Source: Naegleria gruberi (lineage: Eukaryota). Taken from it: a stretch of 64,000 nucleotides of DNA. Of this stretch, positions 1 to 9,948 are shown piece by piece. Both the position numbers and the translations under genes were made by a program. Numbering within the stretch: position 1 is the first letter of the stretch; every line of letters begins with the position of its first letter. The stretch is taken from assembly GCA_000004985.1 (NCBI GenBank), contig GG738845.1. The stretch is one strand, 5' to 3'. The notes below the pieces were generated by a model. It had not been told where the DNA came from. It saw nothing but the letters and a program-made list of their open reading frames with translations, and ran no database searches.

Positions 1-368
1 GCCCATAATGAAATGGCCCATCCTAAGAAATAAACGGTGTGCAAGAGAACATCTTTTGATGATAATGTAGTGTATGTATCCTTATAGGCCCATTGTTTTT
101 GACCAGCTCCGTCTTCCCACCAAACATCATAATTATCATCAAAACCACTATTATTAATATTATATTGTTGTGGTCCACTGTATGGCAATTCATATTCTGG
201 TTGTTTTCTAGACAAATCAACGGTAGTACGCTTTAAGTGTCCTGGTGCAGGATCCATTGGAGAACGTTCTGATGATGATGATGCAAAACGTCTTTGAAGA
301 ATTGGCAAAAGATAATTCTTTTGGAGGTTGTTGTTCTTCAAAAGAGAACAAAGGATTTGCTTGTTCAT
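1..368 (-). CDS. 5' portion of a protein-coding gene that runs off the window start (hypothetical protein, partial)
   Basis: On the minus strand an ATG (reverse complement of cat at 366-368) opens a frame that stays open to position 1: MNKQILCSLLKNNNLQKNYLLPILQRRFASSSSERSPMDPAPGHLKRTTVDLSRKQPEYELPYSGPQQYNINN... It is absent from the ORF track because it has no in-window stop. It lies 156 bp downstream of the stop of the neighbouring minus-strand gene. Confidence 0.4.
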   Translation of the reverse strand, partial: MNKQILCSLLKNNNLQKNYLLPILQRRFASSSSERSPMDPAPGHLKRTTVDLSRKQPEYELPYSGPQQYNINNSGFDDNYDVWWEDGAGQKQWAYKDTYTTLSSKDVLLHTVYFLGWAISLW

Positions 369-523
369 TTTTTTAAATATTTAATTTATTTTTTTATTTT
401 TCAAAAATTTCTTCCTCTTGCTGTTGTTTCAATAGCTCTTCTTGAATTATTGCTAATTGTGATATCAAGGATTGATATTCTGTATCCGAGAGATTGTTTT
501 CATTTTCATTTAGAAAACGAGAT

Positions 524-3500
524 TCATTCATTCCCTCTCTTGTTTTCAGANNNNNNNNNNNNNNNNNNNNNNNNNNNNNNNNNNNNNNNNNNNNNNNNNN
601 TCAATAACTTGCATATGAACTTCCAATACGGACATGCTTGATTCAAGGTTTCTAAGTTTTGTTTTACATCTTCCACTTTAATTAATACATCTTCCTTAAT
701 TGTCGATGAAGAATTATCAAGTATTTCACTGTAATATTCTTGTTTAGTATCCACCTGCTCCTGTAATAGGTTAATATTTTTTTCAAAAGTTAATATCTGT
801 TCCTGAGTATTGTCCTTCCATTCAGAGAGACCATTAAGGATCTTCTTTTGAATAATGTTTTCCTCTTTCATCATTGCTTTGAGACGAGTTATTTCCTCCT
901 CCATGGTAGCAACATTATTGCCAATTATTGAAATACTCATTTCTTGAGTCTCTATCGAGGCTGTTAATATTTTGAAAGAGTTGATTTGTTCATTCAATTT
1001 TTCGAATTCCTCTTTAAAATTCATAATGGTACTACATATCATACTAACTTGTGTAATTGGCTTAATATCTTCCCTAATCTGGGGTAATATTAATTGTTCA
1101 AGATGAACCATAAAATCTTGCAGATTAGAAATATTTTCATTCAATATCTTGAAACAAGGTAGTGAAATAATATTATTTTCCAATTCATTATTTTGATTCT
1201 CAGTATTTTCGATTATATTTCTTTGTAAAAAATCCTCTAATCCAATTATTTTTTCATTAAGATAATTTTTACATTCTTGTAAAACCTTATTAACGTTTTC
1301 ATCAAGAAATGATATCCTTTCAATATTTTCTTTGGTAGAGGTCGAATAAGCCAAATTAAATTCATTTTGATTTGTCTTGAGAAGTGAAATGTCCACTTTA
1401 AGAGCACCAAAATCCTTGTTTAAAACCTCATTACAATCTTCTATCAGTTTTAACCTATCTTCCACAAGTTCGGACAGGGAGTTATATTCTATAATTTTTC
1501 GATTGGTAAAAGAGTTTATCTCAGAATCAATAATTTTCCTTAAACTGGAATAGGAAGAATCTATTTGACTGTTTTGAGAGTCAATAGAGGATGAAAGGGT
1601 TTTTTCCATGGCTATTTGTACCATTTTTTGTTTTGATATTGCTTCTATTACTTCACTGTGCTGGTTCTTGTATTCTTTTAAATGGTTAAAAAGTTCGGAA
1701 GAAAGAGATGAATAATTTTGATTGGATTCTAATTTCTGTTGACATATAGTCAAATCATGGACTCTGGAAACGAGATTATCATAATTTAATAAATTCTCTT
1801 GAATTTTTTGCTTAACAATCACCATGGAATCATTAAATCCTTGCTTCCACAGATCCAATGTTTCGAATGTGACTGCGTAATCTTCAACTTTAGCTTTGAC
1901 ATTCGAATGTAAATTCGTTAATTGTTTAATTTCCTCCATTAAGGTTGTAGCGCCACTTTCTGATATTTCAATTTTTGTTTGTATATGTGATAATTGATCA
2001 TTAAAACATTGTTGAATACTAGTAAGTGATTTTTCAATATTGCCCACTTTCACAGAAAGATCTTTAAGTGCTGATTCATTTGAATGGACATTACCAGTTA
2101 AGGTAATTTGATTGCTATCCAAGTATCTTAATTGCTTGTCTATTTCCTCGTTTCTAAATATTATTGTTTGAACAGAATCTTTGAAATACCTATTTTGGGT
2201 TTCAATCTCAACAATTTTCTGTTCAAGATTTTGTATCAGTATTTTGCTATCATTTCTAGAACTCTCCAAATTAAGAATCGAAGACTCTATACACTTATTA
2301 GAATCATTTTGATATTTCATGTTCATCTGAATTTCTTTTGATATTTCATTTCTTAAGTTATCTAAACTAGCTTCAAAAGATCCAATTTTTGAAAAAAGAT
2401 TTTCAATAACGTTGTTCGAATATTTTCCCTTGTCATCATTCTTGAGTATCTCTGTTATTTGATTTTTTAAATCAGATACTCTAATATCAATAGATTCAGT
2501 AAAATTAGTCAACCTCATGTTAATGTGGTCAAAGCTATCCCCAGCACTCTTGTAAAATGATTCATATTTTGTATGAATTGTATCTATCTGTGTTGAAAAT
2601 ATGTCGTGAATGGATTTTGACTGTTCAATTTGGTTCACTTCATTTTGAAGAGTTGTGTCTTTCTCTGTGAAATATACTCTCAAATCAGATAAATCTTCAT
2701 TAAGCTTTGATTGGTTTTGAGATATGGATTGTTGCTCGTTTCTTATATTTTCAATCATCAAAAATGCTTCTGATTTTATATTATTCAGTTCCAAATTGTA
2801 TTGAATAATTTTTTCATTTAGTTCTACCAGATCTTTTTCATTGTTTTTTCTCTGCTCTACATCTGTTAAATGGGATGATACATTTTCAAGCAAGTCGGAT
2901 AATTTTTTAATATCACTCAACTCATCTACTCTTTTCATTTCAAAATGATCTAATTTTTCAATTGTTTCTTCTTTAAATTGTTGGAGGGAGAAAATCTGGT
3001 CCTTTAAATATGAATATTCTTCCTGTCTCTCCTCAAATTTACTCTCTATAATATTTTGTTCGATATGCAACCCATGTATATCTTCAGAAAACATCAGGTT
3101 GGATTTAATAATTGATTCTATTGCTTTTCTAGAGTCTTCTTCTGTTAGTTGCTTCTTAAATTGAATTTCATTCAGTGTCCTCTCCATGATGTGGAATTGC
3201 TGTTCAAAGTTAGAGGATAAACTTTCATTATTAGAATTTTGGACTAAACTTTCCATTCTGCTTTTCAAGTCCTTCAACTCCCTTTCCGTTCTTGTTTGGA
3301 ATTCCTTTATCTTTTTTTCAGAGTTCTTCTCTATAGAATTACATCTTTCAAGTATATTACTAGTATTTTCCAATTGATGTACCATATTATTGGTGAATTC
3401 TTTTGTCTTACTTTCCAAATACTGTTTCATTTTTTCTAAATCTTGAATGGATGATTCAGATTTAGAGTCATTCGTTTTTGCTTCCATTCTAGGTTTGAGC

Positions 3501-4750
3501 TTTAAATCATTCACATCTTTTTTAATTTCACCAATACTAGATGTCAAAAATGTAAATTGCTCCTCTGTTTCTCTAAGAATTTTATCCACAGCCTCCTCCA
3601 CAGAGACATCAATTTTGTGTTGAATATTTCTTTCTTTCATTTCTGAAAGAACAACATCTGCCTTTTTGGTTATTTTTTCCATTTCATTACGAACTATTTC
3701 CTTCAAAAGCATCTCTTTAGATTGGGATGGTATATCCTCATTAGTTTTCATATTCATTTTCAATTGCTTTTGAACCTCCACTTTCACCAATTCATGAATA
3801 GAATTATCGATAGAATTTTCTCTAGTTTTTAAATCTTCAAATTGTTTTTTGGTTTCTTGACATTTTTGAACCAGGTCAACAACAATTCTCTCCAATCTGT
3901 TGGAAAGAATCCATTTTTTGAAAATCTTTTCACTCATCTGGTTAAAAATCGATTTGAATGTTTGAAATTGGTTTGATAAACTATCAATTGTTACCTCTCC
4001 GATTGGAATTTCAGGAATTTTTTCAACATTTAGTTGAGGCATTTCATTAAGCCAATCATGAATATATTGCTTCTCATTTTTAGGATGATTTTCTTTCATT
4101 AGTCTTTCCAGCTCCTCCATTCTTATGAACTTGATAGTAGCGCTTTCCTCTTCGCTATCAGAAAATAAATAATCTGTATTTGCTATTGAAGCAAACTTTT
4201 GTTTAGCATCTGAAACAGGCTGCCCATGTAAGAACCTCAAAAATCGTTCAGCAGCTAGAGTTTCTCTATGGTCCAGATCTTGTTTTGAAACAACCTCCCA
4301 AGATTCACATACTAATGGTTCAGATCCTTTCAATCTAGGCGAATCCACAAAGCTACCATTCTTTGGGCTTCTTGGACTTCCTTTGGGTGATTCTAAGAAT
4401 GTGGGTGTTAAGTTTTTAAGGTCAATATCAAGAAGTTTTTTCTTTGATTCTTGAGGGAGAGGAGATGAGGATCTTTTACCAGTGTGCTGTATTTGATGAA
4501 GATTTGAGATTGTTGCAGTGGAAGGATATAATATTGGCGAGGAGCTTCTAGAAGCTTTTAGAGATTGATTATTTGTTGGTGATATTGCTCTTTTGGGAGT
4601 TGTATTGGTAGGAGTAGCATTTGAAATCGTTGCTTGCCTTGGAATAACTACCAAATGATCTAGTGATGATCCGTAGTATGGATTGAGTGTGTCATCAACC
4701 CTATTTATTGAAGAGAGAGTCTTTGCTTTCTTTTGGTTAGATTTCACCAT
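524..4750 (-). CDS. large coiled-coil protein (1408 aa); Ser/Pro-rich N-terminus then about 1100 aa of heptad-rich coiled coil
   Basis: A single uninterrupted 4.2-kb ORF in AT-rich DNA. Composition is typical of coiled coil (E/K/L/Q/N rich). It ends in TAA. The C-terminal coding region spans the N-gap at 551-600, so the last ~50 codons are uncertain. Confidence 0.8.
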   Translation of the reverse strand: MVKSNQKKAKTLSSINRVDDTLNPYYGSSLDHLVVIPRQATISNATPTNTTPKRAISPTNNQSLKASRSSSPILYPSTATISNLHQIQHTGKRSSSPLPQESKKKLLDIDLKNLTPTFLESPKGSPRSPKNGSFVDSPRLKGSEPLVCESWEVVSKQDLDHRETLAAERFLRFLHGQPVSDAKQKFASIANTDYLFSDSEEESATIKFIRMEELERLMKENHPKNEKQYIHDWLNEMPQLNVEKIPEIPIGEVTIDSLSNQFQTFKSIFNQMSEKIFKKWILSNRLERIVVDLVQKCQETKKQFEDLKTRENSIDNSIHELVKVEVQKQLKMNMKTNEDIPSQSKEMLLKEIVRNEMEKITKKADVVLSEMKERNIQHKIDVSVEEAVDKILRETEEQFTFLTSSIGEIKKDVNDLKLKPRMEAKTNDSKSESSIQDLEKMKQYLESKTKEFTNNMVHQLENTSNILERCNSIEKNSEKKIKEFQTRTERELKDLKSRMESLVQNSNNESLSSNFEQQFHIMERTLNEIQFKKQLTEEDSRKAIESIIKSNLMFSEDIHGLHIEQNIIESKFEERQEEYSYLKDQIFSLQQFKEETIEKLDHFEMKRVDELSDIKKLSDLLENVSSHLTDVEQRKNNEKDLVELNEKIIQYNLELNNIKSEAFLMIENIRNEQQSISQNQSKLNEDLSDLRVYFTEKDTTLQNEVNQIEQSKSIHDIFSTQIDTIHTKYESFYKSAGDSFDHINMRLTNFTESIDIRVSDLKNQITEILKNDDKGKYSNNVIENLFSKIGSFEASLDNLRNEISKEIQMNMKYQNDSNKCIESSILNLESSRNDSKILIQNLEQKIVEIETQNRYFKDSVQTIIFRNEEIDKQLRYLDSNQITLTGNVHSNESALKDLSVKVGNIEKSLTSIQQCFNDQLSHIQTKIEISESGATTLMEEIKQLTNLHSNVKAKVEDYAVTFETLDLWKQGFNDSMVIVKQKIQENLLNYDNLVSRVHDLTICQQKLESNQNYSSLSSELFNHLKEYKNQHSEVIEAISKQKMVQIAMEKTLSSSIDSQNSQIDSSYSSLRKIIDSEINSFTNRKIIEYNSLSELVEDRLKLIEDCNEVLNKDFGALKVDISLLKTNQNEFNLAYSTSTKENIERISFLDENVNKVLQECKNYLNEKIIGLEDFLQRNIIENTENQNNELENNIISLPCFKILNENISNLQDFMVHLEQLILPQIREDIKPITQVSMICSTIMNFKEEFEKLNEQINSFKILTASIETQEMSISIIGNNVATMEEEITRLKAMMKEENIIQKKILNGLSEWKDNTQEQILTFEKNINLLQEQVDTKQEYYSEILDNSSSTIKEDVLIKVEDVKQNLETLNQACPYWKFICKLLXXXXXXXXXXXXXXXXXSENKRGNE
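551..600. other. assembly gap (50 N)
   Basis: Run of N inside the 3' coding region of the coiled-coil gene. Confidence 0.99.
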
Positions 4751-4911
4751 CAGAGAATTAATCCTTATTTGTTGGTGGGTGAGTAGTGGTGTTGTTTTTT
4801 TTGATTTATTTTTTGGCGCCTTCTATTATTAATCCACCGTTATGTTGAATTTTTAAAAATTAAAAAAAAAGGAACAATTGGATTTGTTCACAACAATCTC
4901 TTCGAACATGG

Positions 4912-7164
4912 ATGAATATGAACACACAAGATAGTACTCCTATAAGAAAACGTTCGAAAAAGAGAGTTGCAAAACAATCTTCCAAACATTACCGTGAAGA
5001 GAGTCAACTTCCCGAACAACAATGTGTAACACCAACAAAAGAACATACAGCTAATACTTCCTTCTCCTCTCCAGGATCAATTTCTCTCAGTGCACTGAAA
5101 ATAACAACTCCATCACAAAATAATGTAAATTCCTCTTTAAATGATTATGAAAATCACAGGAATGATCTATCAAGCATGTCTGATAGTTCCTTCCTGACAA
5201 TGTCTTCCTCTTTTAATATGCCACTCATCATGATGGAAGATGATCAAGAAAATGTCACAAATTCTTCAATTTTATTGTCACAACATACTTCCTTGACACA
5301 AGATTTTGGGAATGTTGCATTATCAAATAATGATAGACTATTTCCCTGCAATATTACTGGCACAATTACAGATAATTTTGAACAAGAATGTAATGATGCT
5401 CCCACCTCTCCAATTATTACTTTTCCTTCTAATCAATATTCTAACCTAGATATTGATGAAAAGGAAATTTTTGAGGAATATTTTGAAAAGTTGACTGAAA
5501 TAGAGACTAGATCTAGATCAAATAGTTATAATAGTAACAAACCATCAAAAAAAAGAAAAACATATACCTTGAGTAGACTAAAAGTACTACCTGTGGCCAT
5601 CAAACATGTAATTTTAAGCTTTCTACCATATCTACCACTAAAATTTTATTTAGGGCTAGCCTTTCAATCTCCTCAAAACAAGTATTTATTTGCGACAAGT
5701 ATTATTCAAAACTCTTTTGGAAGGTATTCGGATAATCCTCTCAGATCCCACATTTTCATTCCATTTCTGAATGTTGAACTTGTGTTGTCAAAAGAGCCAT
5801 TTTCCGAAAAGTCAAATAATGACATACCCCAAGATATTGCTAGATCTCTATCCAAGGAAGATTTTGAATCTATTTGCATTTTATACTCCCCCATTTTCAA
5901 TCATGTAAGGAATTTAAAAATCACCACAATAATAGAAAATGATTCGAGAATTACTACACCAATCACAAGTGCAGAAATGCAAACTTTTATGAACGTGTTA
6001 CTGGAGTACAAATCAAAATATTCACTGTTCAGAACCTGCTTAGATTTTTCATCATCACCCTTGGTTAAAAAGTATTTGGACATTAATATAATATCTGAAA
6101 GAAAAATTTCCTTATTTTCCAGATTAGAAACGTTATATTTTAATGTAGAAGCACCAGAAAGTATATTCGAGTCGGATTCTCAATTGTTAGATCCTTTTAT
6201 TTTCCAACCAATCCCTTCTTTTGATAATATCACCACACACATTAACCTAAACAAGAATTTCATACCTGTTCCCATTATTCTCCCACATCTAAAAAGATTT
6301 CCAAAGCTGAAATGCATCCACACTTGTTTGTACTTTCCAGACACTATCCAATCCAATGGTATCGATTTCACTTCAATGCAATTGATTCAATCATTGAAGA
6401 TTTGTAATATTTCAACGAAACAACTAGAAATTTTACTTTCCTCAACAAGCCAAGTTAAAAATCTTGATTTAAGAGGTTTAACTTATTCCCCTCTTGACAT
6501 GTTCATGAAAACCAAGAACATTACTCAAAAACTTCAACATTTATCTATTCAATTTTCAGAGAATGATATTGTGAGTGATATAGAGTTTTCTAATTTTCTT
6601 AAATCAAATTGTATTCCATCACTCAGGTGTTTGGAAATATTTGAACCAGAAAATAGAAGTAGAGCTCGCCAAGAATGTACTCTTGATGGAATCCGTCACA
6701 ATACCTCTATTACAAAGCTTTCCCTTGTTTTCTTCTTACATTTGGGTGCAAAAGCTGCAGAAAACCTATCCAATTCCCGTATTAATTCGTTAACTGTTGC
6801 AAACTCGTTTAGGAATGCAACACACTTCTCTGCCTTTATGGAGGTTTTGTCCAATAATTCTGTCATTAAGAGATTGCACATATCAACATTTTTCTCATCC
6901 AGATTAGCATTTGAAAACTTTTTAAAATCCAATAAGATTTGTGAAAAATTTATTGGAGAATTTGATGACAAGTCAAAACTTTTGGTCTTAGATATTAATT
7001 GCCTTGAAGAATTGAAAACAAATGTAAATCTCAAAGTGCTCAAACTTTTGAATTTTACCTTTGATGTTACAGATGAGGAGATTGAACGAGTTCTAAATAA
7101 TGAAATTCCACAAATCGATGTAACAATTTGTAGAAAGGCATATGTATCCAGCTTTTCACAATAA
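4912..7164 (+). CDS. leucine-rich-repeat protein (750 aa), possible F-box/LRR substrate adaptor
   Basis: Uninterrupted ORF ending in TAA. The C-terminal half has RNI-like LRRs (LEILLSSTSQVKNLDLRGLTY..., ITKLSLVFFLHLGAKAAENLSNSRINSLTVAN...). The segment LKVLPVAIKHVILSFLPYLPLKFYL resembles an F-box. It is transcribed divergently from the coiled-coil gene across a 161-bp spacer. Confidence 0.7.
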   Translation: MNMNTQDSTPIRKRSKKRVAKQSSKHYREESQLPEQQCVTPTKEHTANTSFSSPGSISLSALKITTPSQNNVNSSLNDYENHRNDLSSMSDSSFLTMSSSFNMPLIMMEDDQENVTNSSILLSQHTSLTQDFGNVALSNNDRLFPCNITGTITDNFEQECNDAPTSPIITFPSNQYSNLDIDEKEIFEEYFEKLTEIETRSRSNSYNSNKPSKKRKTYTLSRLKVLPVAIKHVILSFLPYLPLKFYLGLAFQSPQNKYLFATSIIQNSFGRYSDNPLRSHIFIPFLNVELVLSKEPFSEKSNNDIPQDIARSLSKEDFESICILYSPIFNHVRNLKITTIIENDSRITTPITSAEMQTFMNVLLEYKSKYSLFRTCLDFSSSPLVKKYLDINIISERKISLFSRLETLYFNVEAPESIFESDSQLLDPFIFQPIPSFDNITTHINLNKNFIPVPIILPHLKRFPKLKCIHTCLYFPDTIQSNGIDFTSMQLIQSLKICNISTKQLEILLSSTSQVKNLDLRGLTYSPLDMFMKTKNITQKLQHLSIQFSENDIVSDIEFSNFLKSNCIPSLRCLEIFEPENRSRARQECTLDGIRHNTSITKLSLVFFLHLGAKAAENLSNSRINSLTVANSFRNATHFSAFMEVLSNNSVIKRLHISTFFSSRLAFENFLKSNKICEKFIGEFDDKSKLLVLDINCLEELKTNVNLKVLKLLNFTFDVTDEEIERVLNNEIPQIDVTICRKAYVSSFSQ

Positions 7165-7237
7165 ATATTATTCCTGTTTCCCAACAATGGAAACAACTAG
7201 TTCAATATCTTATAAATAAAAAATAAATTATATTAAA

Positions 7238-7750
7238 TCAAACTATTTCCTCTTTCTCTTGCTGTAAAGGTGAAATACAACAAAAATATAGAACCAAATT
7301 GAAAACAATTGCTGGAACCCAACAAAGTACTGTTAGCATAAAGCTCAGTAGTACCCACATTAATCTATTAGTATCTAATTCTTCAGTTTCTGTCTGCACT
7401 CTATTTCTGTGTGCTCCTGTTTCCGATTCATTATTCCTTGTTGAAAAATCCATCACACCTGTTGATCCAGTCATAGCTTCGCTCAATCCATAACGTACCT
7501 TCTCTCTTGGATGTTGATACAACAAAAAGTATGTTGCTAAAGGAGGAAATAAAATACAACAAGACAAAACAGAAGTCATCCATGCAAAATAAGATGCGTA
7601 CTTGTTATTGGCTCTGGTATCACCAAATAATAAATGGTGAGGTCCCATACAACACCATTCAGAAGGATGGTTTGTGTGTGATGTTGTTTTAACAAGTTGT
7701 GTGTTGTTAACATCATGTGATTGCACTGATGGTCTTTCCTCCGATGTCAT
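7238..7750 (-). CDS. small two-pass membrane protein (170 aa), family unknown
   Basis: ORF with two hydrophobic helices (YASYFAWMTSVLSCCILFPPLATYFLLY and LMWVLLSFMLTVLCWVPAIVFNLVLYFCC). Start and stop are compatible with the compact spacing of its neighbours. Confidence 0.5.
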   Translation of the reverse strand: MTSEERPSVQSHDVNNTQLVKTTSHTNHPSEWCCMGPHHLLFGDTRANNKYASYFAWMTSVLSCCILFPPLATYFLLYQHPREKVRYGLSEAMTGSTGVMDFSTRNNESETGAHRNRVQTETEELDTNRLMWVLLSFMLTVLCWVPAIVFNLVLYFCCISPLQQEKEEIV

Positions 7751-7845
7751 TAAATAAATGGTAATTATCTGTCCTATATTTTTTTTTAATATTTAAATTA
7801 GAACGTTATGATGGCCGTTTGGAAAACAACAATAACACAATGTTT

Positions 7846-8411
7846 TTAGAATAATCCTTGAGATTCATGGTAGATCTTTACTCTGTGAATATCCTTTTCA
7901 GTTAATTTCTTATTTCTTCCTTTGCATTTTCCTCTTCCTTGTTTCAATGGTTTATTCTTATTTTCCTTGATAATTTTCTCAATTCTTGCTTGTCTTCTTT
8001 GTTCCATTTTTCTCTTTTCAATCTTGTTCTCTTCTTCCATATCAGCTTTGATTTTGGCTTCTAATTCTTTCACTTCCTTCATTTCTTTTTTCCTTTCATA
8101 GCTTTCTTTAGATCTGTCTTTTTAACAGAAAATCGTTCCTTTGGTTGCTTCCAAACTTTTCCAGAGATGAATGTTGTTTGTTTAACAGATACATAACTTC
8201 CAGGAGTAAATTTTGGTTGGTTATTATCGGATATTGTAGGAGTCTCTTCGGATTTTGTTATGGATGTCTCTTTAATAACATTTGTTGTAGTGGTTGGTAC
8301 TGATGTTGGAATTGTTGTTGATGTTGTAGACTTGCTCTTAGTGGTCAATTTGCTCTTCTTTGATGGAGTATTCTTCTTGTTTGCTTCACTCATTTTTTTG
8401 AACGTGTTCAA
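7846..8411 (-). CDS. Cgr1 / CCDC86 (cyclon)-like nucleolar protein, split by a 1-nt frameshift at a homopolymer
   Basis: ORFs 8079-8411 and 7846-8082 are adjacent in different frames. Together they reproduce the Cgr1-like domain: ...SGKVWKQPKERFSVKK... then the KEVKELEAKIKADMEEENKIEKRKMEQRRQARIEKI basic/acidic tail (compare human CCDC86 SGRVWKDRSKKRFSQ...[31 protein letters not shown]). The frames meet at the T6 run on the plus strand at about 8084-8089 (A6 in sense). One extra A gives a continuous reading frame. Confidence 0.7.
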
Positions 8412-8486
8412 ATAACTTTTTAAATAATAGTTGAAAAATATTTATATATTAATTAATTTAAATTAATCTTGTTTATTGTTACTTGT

Positions 8487-8996
8487 TTATTTAATTTGTG
8501 GAATATTAAATGTTTTTGGGGAATCCAAATCCATTTCAAAATTCCAATCATTTTGTGGGTTAATTAGAGAGAATAACAAGTCCGAAGCAAATTGACCTCT
8601 CAACTTCATTTCATCTGAAATAATTGAACTAGCTTTATCTATGATACTTGAATTATGTTGGCTTGTAGCATTTGGTTGCAGAGTGTGAGTGTTTGATTCA
8701 TCTCCAAACAAATCAAAACCTAAATCTTGATCATCATTTTCCAATAGGAAAGGGCAATCTGGTTTATGTTTTTTGTGTTCCGAATGTACATTATCGGTTG
8801 GTTCCCAATCTCTTAGTCTTATTCCACAATAATGACACTGACACATATCACGAACTGTGCTTGTAGGAAAAAAATAAAATCCATTTGCAGCCAATAATTT
8901 AGGAGTACAATAAGGATGGGATTCATCTGTGTGAGGCCAAGATAGACCATCTTGTCTGTTAAAGAAAGAAGCTAATCTATTTTCTTCCGAATCCAT
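8487..8996 (-). CDS. BIR-domain protein, survivin/Bir1-like (169 aa)
   Basis: Single BIR signature RLASFFNRQDGLSWPH...PKLLAANGFYFFPTSTVRDMCQCHYCGIRLRDWEPTDNVHSEHKKHKPDCPFL with the C-C-H-C zinc ligands, followed by a short C-terminal helical region, as in survivin. Confidence 0.8.
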   Translation of the reverse strand: MDSEENRLASFFNRQDGLSWPHTDESHPYCTPKLLAANGFYFFPTSTVRDMCQCHYCGIRLRDWEPTDNVHSEHKKHKPDCPFLLENDDQDLGFDLFGDESNTHTLQPNATSQHNSSIIDKASSIISDEMKLRGQFASDLLFSLINPQNDWNFEMDLDSPKTFNIPQIK

Positions 8997-9134
8997 TTTT
9001 TGTTTACAATTTTATGTTTGATTTTCATCAGATGAAAACTGGCAGAATTTTTTTAATTCATATTATTGCTTGGGTAGATGGAAACAACAATCTAAAAATA
9101 CAGCATTAATAATAATACAATCAAAGAAAAAAAA

Positions 9135-9890
9135 ATGTACAATACTCACGATCTTTTCCACTCCAAAAACAAACCTGTTAGCCATCCATCAGCACCATTA
9201 TTGCAACACAACAATTTCTCTGAAGCTCTTCCTTTTGAAGACCCACTCAAAGATATGCAAGAAGCACACTCTATGGGTACATCAATTATGGCTGTAGAAT
9301 TTGATGGAGGTGTTGTAATTGGAGCTGATTCTCGTACAACCACAGGTTCATATATTGCTAACAGAGTGTCTGACAAATTAACTCCTGTCCATGATAGAAT
9401 TTATGTTTGTCGTTCTGGTTCAGCAGCTGACACTCAACAGATCTCCGATTATGTTCGTTATTTCCTTCAAATACACTCTGTTGAAGTTGGTACCTTACCT
9501 TTGGTGGAAACAGCTGCTAATTTGTTTAAGGATTTTTGTTATAACTACAAGGACAATCTACTTGCTGGTATAATTTGTGCAGGTTGGGATGAAAAGAATG
9601 GTGGATCTGTTTGGACTATTCCTCTTGGTGGATCTTTAATTAAAGAACCTTTCAGCATTGGTGGATCGGGAAGTACTTACATTTATGGTTACTGTGATGC
9701 CAATTTCAAGAAGGGAATGACAAAGGAAGAATGTAAACAATTCGTGAGGAACGCTTTGTCTCTTGCTATGGCACGTGATGGTAGTAGTGGTGGTGTTGTT
9801 CGTCTTGCTGTCATTACCAAGGATGGTGTTGAAAGAGAAGTCCATCATGAAGGTCAAGGTGGTACATTGCCAAAACATTATTCAGATTAA
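9135..9890 (+). CDS. PSMB6: 20S proteasome subunit beta type-6 (beta-1, caspase-like)
   Basis: Near-identity to the eukaryotic beta-1 mature N-terminus and core: [53 protein letters not shown]... A propeptide precedes the catalytic Thr. The gene ends in TAA. Confidence 0.9.
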   Translation: MYNTHDLFHSKNKPVSHPSAPLLQHNNFSEALPFEDPLKDMQEAHSMGTSIMAVEFDGGVVIGADSRTTTGSYIANRVSDKLTPVHDRIYVCRSGSAADTQQISDYVRYFLQIHSVEVGTLPLVETAANLFKDFCYNYKDNLLAGIICAGWDEKNGGSVWTIPLGGSLIKEPFSIGGSGSTYIYGYCDANFKKGMTKEECKQFVRNALSLAMARDGSSGGVVRLAVITKDGVEREVHHEGQGGTLPKHYSD

Positions 9891-9948
9891 TCATTGTATA
9901 AATAATTCATTTACGTTGTATATTTATCTAAATATGTCTTTATTTTTC

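Noticed and set aside
294-641. Plus-strand ORF 294-641 and small ORF 23-220
   Set aside because: The first reads through the N-gap (X run). Both are antisense to real minus-strand coding sequence (the coiled-coil gene C-terminus and the partial gene at 1-368).
2132-3377. Plus-strand ORFs 2132-2341 and 3186-3377 within the 524-4750 gene
   Set aside because: Short antisense ORFs inside a strongly supported 4.2-kb coiled-coil CDS. Their sequences are hydrophobic and low-complexity.
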